Made by a program: the position numbers and the translations under genes. Shown piece after piece: positions 39,127-51,376 of a stretch of DNA of 64,000 nucleotides. The notes beneath the pieces were generated by a model. That model was not told the DNA's origin. It did no database searches and saw only the letters and a list, made by a program, of their open reading frames with translations. Numbering within the stretch: the first letter of the stretch is position 1; each line of letters begins with the position of its first letter. The stretch is from Octopus sinensis (taxonomy: Eukaryota), in the NCBI RefSeq assembly GCF_006345805.1, contig NC_043004.1, positions 88,288,001 to 88,352,000 on the forward strand, in the 5' to 3' direction.

Positions 39127-40074
39127 GCCTTAATTTAATCGAGGTCTGCAGCGATGTGAGACCATGTGTAGATCTCGAACTACTAGCAGATCTTAACTTT
39201 TCAAATCTCTGCGCAGACGCAAAATTTATACGGCAGTATAGGGCATGCCGGGAAGAATTTTACGAATAAATCCATCATGTAATATGCGAATATGAACAAG
39301 AAGGGTAGTAATATTATTTACTAGCAGGTGCCCAGCACAAAAGACGAATTAGTCATAAGACAAAAATATTATTCATATAGAAAAATATTATTCATGTAGT
39401 TATACAATTAAGGGCTCCTAAATTAAGATGCCGAGTGCTGGGAACACAAAAAGGGGATGAAATATATATATATATATGTATGTGTGTGTGTCCATTTACT
39501 TGGATCATCAAAAATGTAGTCCATCAAGTGATATCACTTGATGGATTACTTTTTTGTTGATCCAAGTAAATGGAAGACTATATAACGCTACACACACGCA
39601 CACACATACGCACATACACACACACACACACACACATACACACACGCGCGCGCACAAACACATATATAAATTACAAACACACACACATAAATGTATGTGT
39701 GCGATGTATTCATGAAACAGCAATCCTTGTTTTCTTTACGGACGCTTCCAGTCCATTTATTTCTGTTTCGTTTATCAGATCTTCTCCCTTCCAATCCCTT
39801 TCCTAGGAAATGCATAATATTTAATGTCGATGGACATATACCTTTGAGTCATAGTCTCTCTCTGTGTATATACATAGTGAACTGCTATCTAATCTAGGAA
39901 TTTTAATCATCTTTCTGCACTAGACACTAGTTTTCTATAAAACAGACGACAAATGTTACGCTGGAATTTAATGCCTCTAGTTTTTTAGTCTCGTTCGGTT
40001 AGCGGCTTAACACTAACTACATTGGTCTGTATAAATAGTGACACGTCTCTCCATCTCTCACCACACCACCACAT

Positions 40075-40090
40075 ATTACTGTTACTACTA

Positions 40091-40121
<31 letters not shown>

Positions 40122-40156
40122 CACCGACGCTACCGTCAGCAGCAGCACCACCACCG

Positions 40157-40238
<82 letters not shown>
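40075..40238. repeat. (CTA)n/(CTG)n trinucleotide tract
   Basis: Direct reading. Confidence 0.95.
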
Positions 40239-41224
40239 ATAAACTACCCGTTAAGTATTGGGATTAATGGTCTCGACTAACCCCTCCCTTCCAAGTTGCT
40301 AGCCTTCTGCTTAGTTTAGGAACATTTATCAATGTTAGTATTATTTATCATCATCATCATTATCATCATCATCATCATCACATCATCATCATCATCTTTA
40401 TCATCTATTTCATCATCATCACCATGTTCTGTTTTCTTGACGGAACTGGTATTGCGCTGTTCGGTTGAAATAGGTTTTCTATCGAAGACGACTCGTGGTT
40501 TAAAATGAGAAGCATTTCGTACTTTCTGTATAAAATGCCTTTTTTCTATTTTGCATGTTTTCTTACATTGTATTAGGAACATTCCGAATAATTCTTGCTA
40601 AACCTAATAGACTTGAATTGTGCACTATCCTCAGAAACTAGATGATGGGTGCATTACTTAAACTACCACAGACATAACGTAACTTAATTAAACAGTTAAA
40701 AGGATATAATTAATTGTACAGCTTCTCAGTTCACTTTCTCCAAATATTATATTCACGTGAACGAAAAGTGGAACAGCTTTTGAGAGGTGGATGCAGGGTG
40801 CTAAGGATTCTTCCCCACGCCAGTTACGAAGAAACCAGATATTACCATACAGCGTAAGAAACAGAAAGTAGTAAGTCTGGTCAAATGAAAAACGGTAAAT
40901 CAGAATTTGGGATTAGCGTAACAGTTTGAGGGTTTGGCAAATTGTCTTTTAGTAACTGTTTCCACGCTTTGCTGTTTTCACAGCAATAGCTTCGATGACA
41001 TTGCTGCTAAGCTATATCGGTCCAAACATCGATTGGATAAACATCGATTGCATGGTGAGGGGAAAACCTATATGTATGAGCAACTGTCAGATTTCCTCAA
41101 AAAAATTCTTTGCTAAGTCAATACATTCATATGGACATGTGAGGTCGACATTGATCAGCAGAGGCCTCTGAAATCAACACAGACGACAATTGTTTTTTTA
41201 TATAGCAGAAACTGTAGATAAATA

Positions 41225-41860
41225 AGGCGGCAAGCTGGCAGAAGCGTTAGTACACCGGGCGAAATTCTTAGCGGTATTTCGTCTGCTGTTACGTTCTGAG
41301 TTCAAATTCCGCCGAGTTTAACTTTGCCTTTCATCCTTTCGGGCTCGATAAATTAAGTACCAGTTACGCACTGGGATTGATGTAATCGACTTAGTCCCTT
41401 TGTCCTTGTTTGTCCCCTCTATGTTTAGCCCCTTGTGGGCAATAAAGAAATAAGAAACTGTAGATATCTCTATCAATATAGTCTTTTAAGGCGGCGAGAG
41501 GGCAGAAACGTTAGCACACCGGGCGAATTGCTTCGCGGTATTTCGTCTGCCGTTACGTTCTGAGTTCAAATTCCGCCGAGGTCGACTTTGCCTTTCATCC
41601 TTTCGGGGTCGATAAATTAAGTACCAGTTACGCACTGGGGTCGATACAATTGACTTATTCCGTTTGTCCTCTCTGTGTTTAGCTCCTTGTGGGTAGTAAA
41701 GAAATAAGTATTTTGTCTGCCGCTACGTTCTGAGTTCAAATTCCGCCTACGTCGACTTTGCCTTTCATCCTTTCGAGGTCGATAGATTAAGTATCAGTGG
41801 AGCACTGGAATCGAATTAACCGACTTACCCTCCTCCGAACTTTCTGGCCTTGTGCCAAAA
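41225..41860 (+). mobile_element. cluster of SINE family A copies
   Basis: Copies at 41225-41455 and 41488-41860 (the second is dimeric). Confidence 0.85.
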
Positions 41861-42440
41861 TTTGAAATCAATATATTATATAGCCTTTTGCCTACAACTG
41901 TATGACGAAAGTTATCGTCACGCCTGCCCATTCAGGTTGAATTTATCTATCAAAGCTAGTGCTAGATATTTTAATGTGAGACATTCTATTCGTAACAGGA
42001 GTATTTGCTATGTAACGGCAAATCTTTATGGATTTCCATCGTAGATGTCTTATATGTTATCAATATTCGTTTAAGTTGTTTTTTTCTACAACTGTCTTAG
42101 GTTTCTCAGATTTTAGTTGTTGGCAATTTAATCCAATTTCTTCGGAAAAATTTTGTTGCTATGGTGATAATACTTTCATACCATTTATATGATTACATCG
42201 AACAAGGACGCACAGGAGGTCCTCTTGTAGGTTGGAAAGTAATGGGCAACATTGGTGAATGCATTATTAAACTGCTATCTGACACTTCATAGTTCCCATC
42301 TACTTTTTTCTCCTTTTAATTTTTAGTTGTTTTGTTTTCTATATTTTTTCCTTCTAACCTCTTATTTGAGATGAATATCTTTCGGATTTGAAGAGTTGCT
42401 TTTGCTGTTGTTGAAGAAACCGTTATTATTATTTTTTAAA

Positions 42441-42472
<32 letters not shown>

Positions 42473-42503
42473 AGCTGCTGCTGCTGCTACCACTATTATT
42501 ATG

Positions 42504-43330
42504 GCGGCGAACTAGCAGAATCGTTAGCATGCCAAGTAAAATGTTTGCGTCATTTCGTGCATCTTTAGGTTCTGAGTTCAAATCCCTCCGAACGGAGGAC
42601 AGGTAAATTCAACTCTGGTAGAATTTGAACTCTGAGCGTAAAGACACCCGAAATGCCGCTAAGCATTTTTTTCCGGTGCGGTGACGACTCTACTAAACTT
42701 GCTATATTGACAAAGATATCTACAGCTTTCTGCGATATAAATTTTCGGGGTCTATAAATTAAACACTAGGGTCGATGTAATCGACTTGCCCCCTCCCCCA
42801 CAATTTCGGGGCTTGTGCCAATAATAGAAAGGATTATTATTATTATTATTGTTTTTGTTAAAGCAGTGAGCTGGCAGAATCGGTAAACACACCAGGCAAA
42901 ACCTTTAGCAGCATTTCGTCGGTTTCTCCGTTCTGAGTCCAAATTCCGGAGAGGTCCACTTTGCGTTTTATCTTTTCAGGGTCGACAGACTAAGCATCTG
43001 TTGAACACTGAGGTTGATGTAACCGATTTACCCCTCGCCAAAATTTCGAGCCTTGGACCTATAGTAGAAAGAATTATTATTATTATTATTATTGTTGTTG
43101 TTGTTGTTGATGTTGTTGCTGTTGGTGTTATCAAGGAGGCGATCTGACGGAATCGTTAGATCGTTGGTCAAAAATTTTTGTGGTGCATGTTCTAACTCTA
43201 TATTCTGAGCTCAAAACCTGCCGATGTCAACTTTGCTTTTTATCTCTTCGGGGTCGATAAAATAAAGCACCAATCTAAATACTGGGGTGGATAGTTCTTA
43301 GATTGGTCCCCAAAATTCCACGCCTTTTTC
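42504..43330 (+). mobile_element. three diverged SINE family A copies separated by simple trinucleotide tracts
   Basis: Heads at about 42504, 42862 and 43135. Confidence 0.7.
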
Positions 43331-43589
43331 TTCTATAAGAAATATCCATGCTTTTACCTGCAACTTTTGTATAAACTCTACGTCCACTGTAACAATGTGA
43401 CCTGGACCTGCTCGAGACGCGTGCGAGATAACATCATTTGAGTTCCTACATACTTAGTACCAGGGGGTTAGGTGGCCCGTGGAGTTATGTTGAACAGCTT
43501 CTGTTGCGTGTAAGACAGTTGTAGTTATCAACCGAGCTGAGCCTGAGGTGCATCCTTCCATTTCCCTTTTGCCGCGTTTGTTTCCTGCC

Positions 43590-43960
43590 TGCTAAAATGG
43601 TTAAACGAAGGACAAATTTGAAAGAGTTGAAGGAAGACAGGTTTCTCTACTTAGGGCTTCTTGAAGTTCCATTCGGAGAGAAAGAGAAAGTAATACTTTT
43701 GACGCGTGTGCGAGAGAAAGGTTTGGTTTGGGCCAGAGCGTTTGAGGCACAGGGCCTGGAAGGATGTTCCGAATAGGGTGACCAGTTTCATTCAGAAATG
43801 GGTTGAAAGAAACCCACCCGTGAAAGGTCAAGCAGAGGTGGAGACCTCTGTTGTTTATTTATTTCAGTATGCTATATTTTATCCTGGTTTTCATCTGACC
43901 TCATCTCATGTAGCAAAGATACTGTCACAAGGGAGTCACAGAAGTCCAGGATTTGAGTAG
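43590..43960 (+). mobile_element. degenerate L1/Tx1 LINE ORF2 fragment
   Basis: VWFGPE..W..V..RV..QKWVER..KGQAEV aligns by eye with the 6434-6676 peptide. Confidence 0.6.
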
Positions 43961-44377
43961 GGTTCATCGATTGGTCTTAAGTGCTAAAATATGGAATCAG
44001 ATGTCTCCATCGAGACACCTCTTGCTAGCCTTTTTCTATGACAGTTAAAAACCATTGATTTCAACTTTACAATAATATATTTCTTTGACGTCATATATTC
44101 TTTATCACAATAACAATCAGCAAATATGTAAAAAAATCTTCAGAATATGAAGATCAACACATATCTGTATACATATATTCATCTATAAATATCCGTCTTC
44201 ACCTATAAACATTCACACGTATTATATGCAAGTACTCGCATGTTCATATATACATACGCGTATATAACTACATGAACTTCCAAATGTATCTTCACAGCAT
44301 CATCATGAAAAAATGTATACACCCACATGCGAATTGATGCATATGTTTATGTATATATATATATATATATATATGCA

Positions 44378-44652
44378 TACAGAAGAAAAATTCTTATATG
44401 CAACTTAAAAACTTACACTTGTAAACATAAAAACACAAATAACATGACAAAAACACGCACATACACATACATGCACACACATCTACGTGTATATATACAC
44501 GTAGATGTGTATACATGTACGTGTGCGTGTATGTGTGTGTGCATATATGTATGTGTGCATGTATGTGTGTGTGTGTTTATTGTCATGTTATTTGTGTTTT
44601 TATGTTTACAAGTGTAAGTTTTTAAGTTGCATATAAGAATGTTTCTTCTGTA
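44378..44652. mobile_element. foldback/MITE-like element with ~75-bp inverted arms in (TA)n
   Basis: TACAGAAGAAAAATTCTTATATGCAAC.. versus ..GTTGCATATAAGAATGTTTCTTCTGTA; microsatellite spacer. Confidence 0.75.
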
Positions 44653-45027
44653 TATATATATATATATATTCATACATTATATACGTATATATATGTACAT
44701 ATATACATATACATATACATATATAGGTATATCGCTAATCACACATATAACATATAAATGTATACGTAGACACACACACGTCTTGATCTTTTATTTTTTA
44801 CTTGCTTTAGTTATTAGACTTCGGTCATGCTGGGGCACCGCCTTGAAAAATTTCAGCCGAACGAATCAACCCCAGTATTTCAAGTTTTAAAAGCCTGGGT
44901 ACTTATTCTATCAGTTTCTTTTGCCGAACTGCTAAGTTACTGCAACGTAAACACATCAACACCGGTTGTAAAGCTGTGGTAGGAAACAAACACAGATATA
45001 GACACACACATATATATATACCGAATA

Positions 45028-45063
<36 letters not shown>

Positions 45064-45267
45064 TGTATGTATGTATGTATGTATGTATGTATGTATATGT
45101 ATATATACATAAAATTTCAATGCAGAGCAAATAATTCAAGAGAAAAATTATTTGCGAAGATATTGAATCTCTTATTATCTAATATAACAATTAAAAATGA
45201 TAATAACCCAATCAATAATATAGGCGATTGCTGTTCTCCAAAAAGCATTAAATAGCTGAAGAATTAA

Positions 45268-45460
45268 AATTAATCAAAGGACATATTAAGTATGACTACC
45301 TGCTGGAAATAACAGTCAAAACGCTTATTTAAATCGTCAAACTACACTGATAATAACTACAAAAATCAGTAGTTACTATCAGTGTAGTTTGACGATTTAA
45401 ATAAGCGTTTTGACTGTTATTTCCAGCAGGTAGTCATACTTAATATGTCCTTTGATTAAT

Positions 45461-45461
<1 letters not shown>
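45268..45461. repeat. near-perfect 194-bp palindrome
   Basis: About 82-bp arms are exact reverse complements, with an inner TAACTAC/GTAGTTA stem. Confidence 0.92.
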
Positions 45462-45506
<45 letters not shown>

Positions 45507-45513
45507 AATATGA

Positions 45514-45988
45514 CTGGCTTCTTTCATATTCCGTCTACCAAATCCATTAAGAAGGCCTTGGTCGGCTTGAGGCTATATTCTTTTATTCTTTCATTAATTT
45601 CAGTCATTTTGACTGCGGCCATGCTGGAGCACCGCCTTCAGTAGAACAAATCAACCCCAGGACTCATTCTTTGTAAGCCTAGTACTTATTCTATCAGTCT
45701 CTTTGCCGAACTGCTAAGTTACGTGGACGTAAACACACCAGCATCGATGTCAAGCGAAGTTGGGACACACACACACAAACATATACACACACATACATAC
45801 ATACACACACACACACAACACATATGCGACGGGCTTCTTTCAGTTTGTCGATCAAATCCACTCACAAAGCTTTGGTCGGCCCGAGGTTATAGTAGAAGAC
45901 ACTTACCCAAGGTGCCACGTAGCGGGACTGAGCCTGGAACTATGTGGTTCGTTAGCAATCTACGTGCCACACAGCCACTCCTGCGCCT
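45514..45988 (-). mobile_element. SINE family B (full copy plus partial)
   Basis: Consensus match ending in CCTGCGCC. Confidence 0.85.
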
Positions 45989-46002
45989 ATAAAAAGTAAG
46001 CG

Positions 46003-46068
46003 TTCCCATGCCGAGAATCGAACCCGGGCCGCCTGTGTGAAAGCTAAGAATCCTAACCTCTAGCCAAT
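46003..46068 (-). pseudogene. tRNA-Glu(TTC)-derived pseudogene lacking the 5' acceptor arm
   Basis: Minus strand: TGGCTAGAGGTTAGGATTCTTAGCTTTCACACAGGCGGCCCGGGTTCGATTCTCGGCATGGGAA. It resembles metazoan tRNA-Glu-TTC, but the 5' TCCCA is missing. A T5 run lies 8 nt downstream. Confidence 0.7.
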
Positions 46069-46318
46069 CCTAATCACTACAGTAGAAGACACTTGCCCAA
46101 GGTGCCACGCAGTTGGAGTGAATCTGGGGCCATGTGGTTTGGAAGCAAACTTCTTAGCACACAGTCACGCCAGCGGCTAAAAAAGTTTTTTTTAAATGTC
46201 CAGAAAGTCTCTACAGAGAGTCGAAACCTGTATCTCTCGAATTCCGGCCGACCAGTCTGCACCATTAAGCTAAGAGACATACACACACACATACGCACAC
46301 ACACAGAGATACATATAC

Positions 46319-46383
<65 letters not shown>

Positions 46384-47169
46384 AGTGTAAACAATACACT
46401 CAGTTATCCAATTATATAATATACACGCACACATACAGATGGGTTTGCCTAATGTAGAAATGTACTGCAAATCGGGGCTGCTGATGTATATATTAATATT
46501 ATACGTTATAAGTTATTTCAAGAGGGAAGTATGACAAAGTGATAGAAATTGCAAAATACTGTTATAAGAGACGTAACAATAATGTCATTATGGAGAATAT
46601 ACTGAATGAATAGATTTGTTATTAACCTAATGTTTTTACTGAGAATTAATGGATTATATGCCGAATGTGGTTGTAGTATAGGATACTGTGACTGTTTCTA
46701 AACATTACAAAATAGATGTTGTTGTTGTAGTTATTGTTGATAATGTAACAATTGCTTTGGTTGTTATCGTTGGTTATTATTGTTGTGTAAACAGAAATCT
46801 GAAAGGTACTAGACTATTCAATTAAAAGTTTCATGCAGGTTTTACAAATTCATAATATAAGACGTAAAATATGTAAACTGCGAATAATATTTCATCAATA
46901 TACTTACTGGCAGGTAAAAGAAAAAAAAAGGTATATAAAAATTTCAAAAAAAGGATAAAAAAGCATTCATTTTATCGAACGTAAATAGATGGAAATAGTT
47001 GATATTGAAATTCTAAATTGATATTCGATGGATTCATGCAAATAACCGTATTTCGTAGCAGCAGATTACAATGTGTTATTGTTGATTAAAATCTATGAGC
47101 TGCCGCTTCGAAGGATATAATTTTTCAGACAGTTAAGCTCATATTTAGAAATGAATCATTACAGGTACC

Positions 47170-47520
47170 CTTTTACTCTTTTGTTTGTCTCAGTTCATTT
47201 GACTGCGGCCATGCTGGAGCACCGCCTTTGGTCGAACAAATCGACCCCAGGACTTATTCTTTGTAGGCCTACTACTTAGTCTATAGGTCTCTTTTTGCCG
47301 AACCACTAAGTTACGGGGACGTAGATACACCAACATCGGTTATCAAGCGATGGTGGACACACACACACACACACACACACACCACACACACACACTTCAG
47401 TTTCCGTCTACCAAATCCTCTCGCAAAGCTTTGGTCGGCCCGAGGCTATAGTAGAAGACACTTGCCTAAGGCGCCACGCAGTGGGACTAAACCCAGGACC
47501 ATATGGTTGGTAAGCAAGCT
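47170..47520 (-). mobile_element. SINE family B
   Basis: Consensus match. Confidence 0.85.
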
Positions 47521-47979
47521 ACTTTATTTCATAAAATTTGTCATCATAGACAGTACAAAGAGTGTGTAGCTTTGCGGGCTGGACAAACACATTAATGAAT
47601 GAAAATGAAATGGAATGAATAAATGAGAGACGATTGGATTTTTCTCGAAAACATATTTTCAGTTTTTAAAAATCAATATGAGGCTTCAAACCTCTTACTA
47701 GAAGGAGGTACTAAAACCTCTTACTTAACATGTTTTTTTTTAAAACACACAATGGAGGTTATAAACCACTACAAATAATACAATAAGATGAGGTTTCAAA
47801 CCTTATAACGAGTGTCTTTCACCTTCTACTCTTCGATATATCCATCGATATATTCATCATTATCTTCAATGCCGCTTGAGTTCCTGTATCCCGCCATTTC
47901 CCATGCCTCACTCATGTAGGACATGTAAGTCGTGAAAGGGCCACCCGACCATAAGCGACACTCCTCCCCAAATCCTTTA

Positions 47980-48180
47980 AGCCACCGAACATATTCACCG
48001 GACAATGCTCCATCTGATTATCATTTATTCCGCAATCTTCAAAATCATATGGACGGGAAAAATATGAATTTTGTAAACGAGGTAAGAATAGGAGTATTTT
48101 TCATTATAGACAAGAGAATTTTGGAAGACAGGCCTTGCAAGTCTACCAAATAAGTGGAAATGCATTGGAGAAAATGAATA
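47980..48180 (+). pseudogene. mariner transposase C-terminal remnant
   Basis: HRTYSPDNAPSDYHLFRNLQNHMDGK corresponds to the mariner HPPYSPDLAPSDYHLF motif. Confidence 0.8.
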
Positions 48181-48189
48181 AGATCATAC

Positions 48190-48605
48190 TCTCTTTCTCT
48201 TTTACTTGTTTCGGTCATTTGACTGTGGCCTTGCTGGAGCACCGCCTTTAGTCGAGCAAATCGGCCGAGAACTTATTCTTTGTAAGCCTAGTACTTATTA
48301 AATCGGTCTCTCTGGCCGAACCACTAAGTTATGGGGGATGTAAGCACACCAGCATCAGTTGTCAAGCGATGTTGAGGGGGACAAACACAGACACACAAAC
48401 TCACACACACACACACATACATATATATACATACATATATACGACGGGCTTCTTTCAGTTTCCGTCTACCAAATTCACTCACAAGGCTTTGGTCGGCACG
48501 AGGCTACAGCAGAAGACACTTGCTCAAGGTGCCACGCAGTGGGACTGAACCTGGATCCATGTGGTTCGTAAGCAAGCTACATACCACACAGCCACTCCTA
48601 CGCCT
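48190..48605 (-). mobile_element. SINE family B
   Basis: Consensus match. Confidence 0.85.
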
Positions 48606-48682
48606 ACATTTAGATTAAAAAAGAAATTTGTTTATCTCAATTTTGAAAAATAAGAGAAGTATAAAAATCTCCTTATGAGATG

Positions 48683-48726
<44 letters not shown>

Positions 48727-48744
48727 ATATATATAAATATATAT

Positions 48745-49054
48745 TTAAATTAAAAACGAATGTAAAACAATCCGTAACTACATGAGTATTTTTTATATAA
48801 AAGATGGTTTAAAGCTCCCTGTGGACTAACATGGACTAACAATGTTTGCGGCTGAAGAGGCTTTAAACCATCTTTTATATCAATAATACACTGATGTAAT
48901 AACAGATTGTTTATAAAGCTTGAAACACGTCTACCGCGATATCTTTAGTGTTCTGTTTTTAATTTTAATTTACATTTGATGTAGTCTCTCACCTCTGCCA
49001 CTATCTGGCATTTACAGGTGCTTACACTTATCAAGTATTCACTCTAAATTTACA

Positions 49055-49108
<54 letters not shown>

Positions 49109-49260
49109 AATAAAATCAAACACATGATGTCGCGGTACACATGTTTCAAGCTTTATAAACGACCTATTCTTACATCAGTGTATAATAGATATAAAGGATG
49201 GTTTAAAGCTCACTTCAGGCGCATGCATTGTTATTCCAAAGAGTTACATCACACTATGAA
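48745..49260. mobile_element. two oppositely oriented PLE-end fragments with degenerate long-stem-II hammerheads
   Basis: Plus strand 48845-48939: UUGCGG|CUGAAGA|G-GCUUUA..UAAAGCU-U|GAAAC-ACGU-CUA^CCGCGA. The minus-strand copy at 49130-49223 has GUA but an A9U change. Confidence 0.62.
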
Positions 49261-49929
49261 AAATCTGAAAAGTACATGTAGTATTATCCATCAGTTTATC
49301 GTGTTGTTTCTACACATATCTCTTTGAGAGATTTAGAAAGGCAATATTTCTATTTTTGATATGCATGTGCGTGCGTGCGTGCGTGTGTGTGTGTGTGTGT
49401 GTGTGAGTGAGTGTGTATGTGTATGTGTATGTGTTATATATATATATATACACTTATATAACACAAACACAAATACACACTCATATATGTGTATGTATGT
49501 AATATACTTACAAACAGATATTTTATCGTATTTATCAGTATGAAGATAATACCAGTGGGGTTACTAAATACGAACTCCCATTTCTAAACTAAGAATATCC
49601 TGTATGTCACTCAACTATGTACAATTAACGTTACATATTTTCGTCATTTATTTTACTAAATTATATGAAATGAATTTTACTGAATCAATTATGCTTCTAA
49701 ACTGTTGGTTTTTTAAAAATTAGTTATATAATTAGTTTGCTACAAGAAGTGATATTAATTTGTCAGTGCTAAACTTTACTGATTAGATTTTCATGAGACG
49801 CTATATGTATAGCTTCTCTAATTTCTCTTAGTTTTTATGGAAGCTTTTTTTTTCTTTTTTACCAACTATAGAAATTCCATTCCGTAGTGTTATGTTTGTA
49901 TTATTGTTTTACACCGTCTATGTCCTGAC

Positions 49930-50340
49930 ATTCACCAGTAATGACAAACACACTTCTAGACGAAGTATTTTCACGCCTACCTCGAAAACTTACAGCTTTG
50001 AAACCCATCGCGTAGCTGAGATATATGGATGATCACTTTATGCTCTGGCAAAGCAAGAAGACGTCAAAGTACTTGCAGACAATTCGATATCTCTATGTAC
50101 ACGAATCCTGTTTACCATGGGAAGAGAAGACAATACAGCCTGCTGCCATTTTTTGAGGTATTCGGGAAAAAGGATAAACTCAGGAGTCAGTAGAGCAGTG
50201 TAATGGCCACAGCTAAACACTGCTTAATCTATAAGCCACACCATCTATAGAGAAAGTGATTGTTAAATATTTATGACATTGGGCAAACAATCTGTACCCC
50301 AGCTTACCCGGAGACGATTGACAGATTTATATAAGATAAC
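49930..50340 (+). pseudogene. degenerate PLE reverse transcriptase remnant
   Basis: KPIA*LRYMDDHFMLW..FTMGREDN..(LPFL)..TICTP resembles the PLE RT motifs RYVDD, FT.E.E.NN.LPFLD and RA..IC; contains stops and frameshifts. Confidence 0.65.
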
Positions 50341-50492
50341 ATCTATCTCCAAGCCAGCTTTCAGGTTGAGTTCACAACGCAATAAACTCAGCCTGACTGA
50401 ATCCTTGGAGATATATGACATGTTATATAAACCGGCCAATTTAATGTATCATAAAACACTTAATTAGTAGCTCTTCTGTAGTTGTGTATATT

Positions 50493-50589
<97 letters not shown>

Positions 50590-50658
50590 ATTTAATATAC
50601 ACAACTACAGAAGAGCTACTAATTAAGTATATATATATATATATATATAGTATATATA

Positions 50659-50696
<38 letters not shown>

Positions 50697-50699
<3 letters not shown>

Positions 50700-51102
50700 G
50701 AACATAATTAAGAAATTAGCAAAAAGTTGCTTCACCACATACCGAAAATTTAGAAATAGTAGTCAAAATCACTAATTCTTATACTACAATATATCTCCAC
50801 AGACAGCAATATTCGTAACTCACATAGGCAACAAGAATTAAAAAAATAACGAAACCAACCAGCCTTCATTAATCATGTACGCGTTTCGGGATTAGAATTG
50901 TAAAATTCCTTTCCTTCTTCAGCATGATATTTGAGATTATACATTTGAAAGTGCTAATAAAATGCATGCACGTTCAATCAAGCGACATCGAATGTAACAT
51001 AAGATAAACAGCACTTCCGAATTTATATAGAACTGACTGCTATTTCTAAATTTTCGGTGTGTGGTGAAGCAACCTTTTGCTAATCCCTTAATTATGTTTA
51101 TA
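50697..51102 (-). mobile_element. short PLE-type element with inverted ends (about 69 bp) and an internal hammerhead
   Basis: Arms 50697-50765 and 51034-51102 are imperfect reverse complements; HHR at 50872-50928. Confidence 0.75.
50872..50928 (-). ncRNA. minimal type I hammerhead ribozyme
   Basis: AUCAUG|CUGAAGA|A-GGA..GAAUU-UUAC-AAUUC..UCC-C|GAAAC-GC-GUA^CAUGAU; perfect 6-bp stem I; palindromic stem III ACGCGU. Confidence 0.82.
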
Positions 51103-51376
51103 ATTATAAAAAAAATCTTTTTGTATAAGTTTTTACCGATAATGATTTGTTTCCATACCGAAGCTACTTGGTAAAATTTATTAATTATTGAATTAATATT
51201 TCTTTACCCTATATCTATAATATATAGTTATGGTATATTCTGTTAAGAACGTAGTAGTGTACAGTATAAAGCTCATCCACCTTCAGATTTCACTCTGTGT
51301 TATCCAGTAATAGTATTATAGGTACTTCTAGGTTTGCGTTTAGGCTGCTGTCGTGTGTGAATAGATAAGTAAAGAA

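Larger units (their letters stand above)
38389..39462 (-). mobile_element. 450/451-bp head-to-tail repeat (2.4 copies) with one hammerhead per unit; retrozyme-like
   Basis: TGAACAAGAAGGGTAG recurs at 38391, 38842 and 39293; copies near-identical; (TA)n on both sides. Confidence 0.9.

Noticed and set aside
36913-39462. 487- and 450-bp arrays as ordinary satellite DNA or CRISPR arrays
   Set aside because: They have only about 2.4 copies each, no repeat-spacer structure, and each unit holds a complete ribozyme fold.
50460-50630. Inverted repeat around (TA)n containing CAGAAGAGCTAC as an HHR
   Set aside because: It is truncated before any GAAA/stem III, so it is only a terminal fragment.
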